From: an uncultured Ectothiorhodospiraceae bacterium
Lineage (GTDB): Bacteria > Pseudomonadota > Gammaproteobacteria > SZUA-152
Reading direction: 5' to 3'
Assembly (NCBI GenBank): GCA_964645165.1
Contig: CAZXZI010000002.1
Coordinates: 1-62,844, forward strand
Length of the DNA stretch: 62,844 nucleotides
This document shows, in pieces, positions 62,538-62,844 of this stretch. The notes beneath the pieces are model-generated. The model made no database searches and was not told the origin of the DNA. It saw only the letters and a list, made by a program, of their open reading frames with translations. Both the position numbers and the translations under genes were made by a program. How positions within the stretch are numbered: the stretch's first letter is position 1; each line of letters opens with the position of its first letter.

Positions 62538-62843
62538 TTAGAACGTTTCAAAATTAGATTGCCCGAACACTTGGGCTTCAATGACTTCGTCAACAGATTC
62601 TAATTCATAGCGGACACCTATGACATCACTATTATGCCCATATGAAACGTACTGGACTAAAGTACCTCGAATAGAATCACCGGGTTGAACCGATACCTCC
62701 TTATTTTGAAACTTTTGAAGCCATTCTTGATCCGTAATTGATATATCAACTGCATGACCTTGCAGCTTAAGAGCCCATTTAGAAGTTCCTAAATAGTCCG
62801 GTTTTTTTACTCCAACGAATTGAGATAATACCAGCTTGGTTTT
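62538..62843 (-). CDS. Hypothetical protein, 5' end outside the window (C-terminal 101 aa seen)
   Basis: The minus-strand frame stays open from the window edge to TAA (62540-62538): ...KWALKLQGHAVDISITDQEWLQKFQNKEVSVQPGDSIRG...SNFETF. The sequence is A/T-rich and absent from the supplied ORF track because it has no start. Confidence 0.5.
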   Translation of the reverse strand, partial: KTKLVLSQFVGVKKPDYLGTSKWALKLQGHAVDISITDQEWLQKFQNKEVSVQPGDSIRGTLVQYVSYGHNSDVIGVRYELESVDEVIEAQVFGQSNFETF

Positions 62844-62844
62844 A

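Noticed and set aside
62072-62593. A 173-aa minus-strand ORF.
   Set aside because: It is antisense to the well-supported ParA-like gene and its Arg/Ser/Gln-rich translation has no motifs.

Overview
This looks like a chromosomal segment of a gammaproteobacterium. Gene content and the argH / algZ-algR synteny suggest a Cellvibrionales- or Pseudomonadales-like organism, but that is inference only. I call about 60 protein genes and saw no rRNA, tRNA or CRISPR array.

Housekeeping genes: msrA (5' partial), trmO, metE with metR, nrdAB, rep, argH, rhlE, ampD-ampE and a Mak-like ROK kinase.

Regulatory RNA: two cobalamin riboswitches.
- One precedes the class Ia ribonucleotide reductase genes nrdAB.
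- One precedes a btuB-tonB operon that sits beside btuF and a PduO-type adenosyltransferase.

Accessory content:
- Two tandem spondin_N paralogs lie downstream of a 1106-aa IPT/Kelch/NHL lipoprotein.
- A visibly A/T-richer patch (about 36.0-40.5 kb) carries a 728-aa orphan protein and a small envelope operon.
- Most notable is a nine-gene co-directional cluster at 46.9-55.6 kb, with several overlapping or abutting junctions. It encodes secreted proteins, TPR proteins (two of them lipoproteins), ExbB, two ExbD paralogs and a TonB-like protein with an AgmX/PglI-type tail. It resembles the reduced 'core' of the Myxococcus Agl-Glt envelope motor and has no assigned function in this type of organism.

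Several REP-like repeat families fill intergenic regions. One is a 430-bp element with perfect 23-bp terminal inverted repeats. Another is an inverted repeat pair inside the nrdA-nrdB spacer.

All calls come from reading the sequence and ORF translations. No database search was run.
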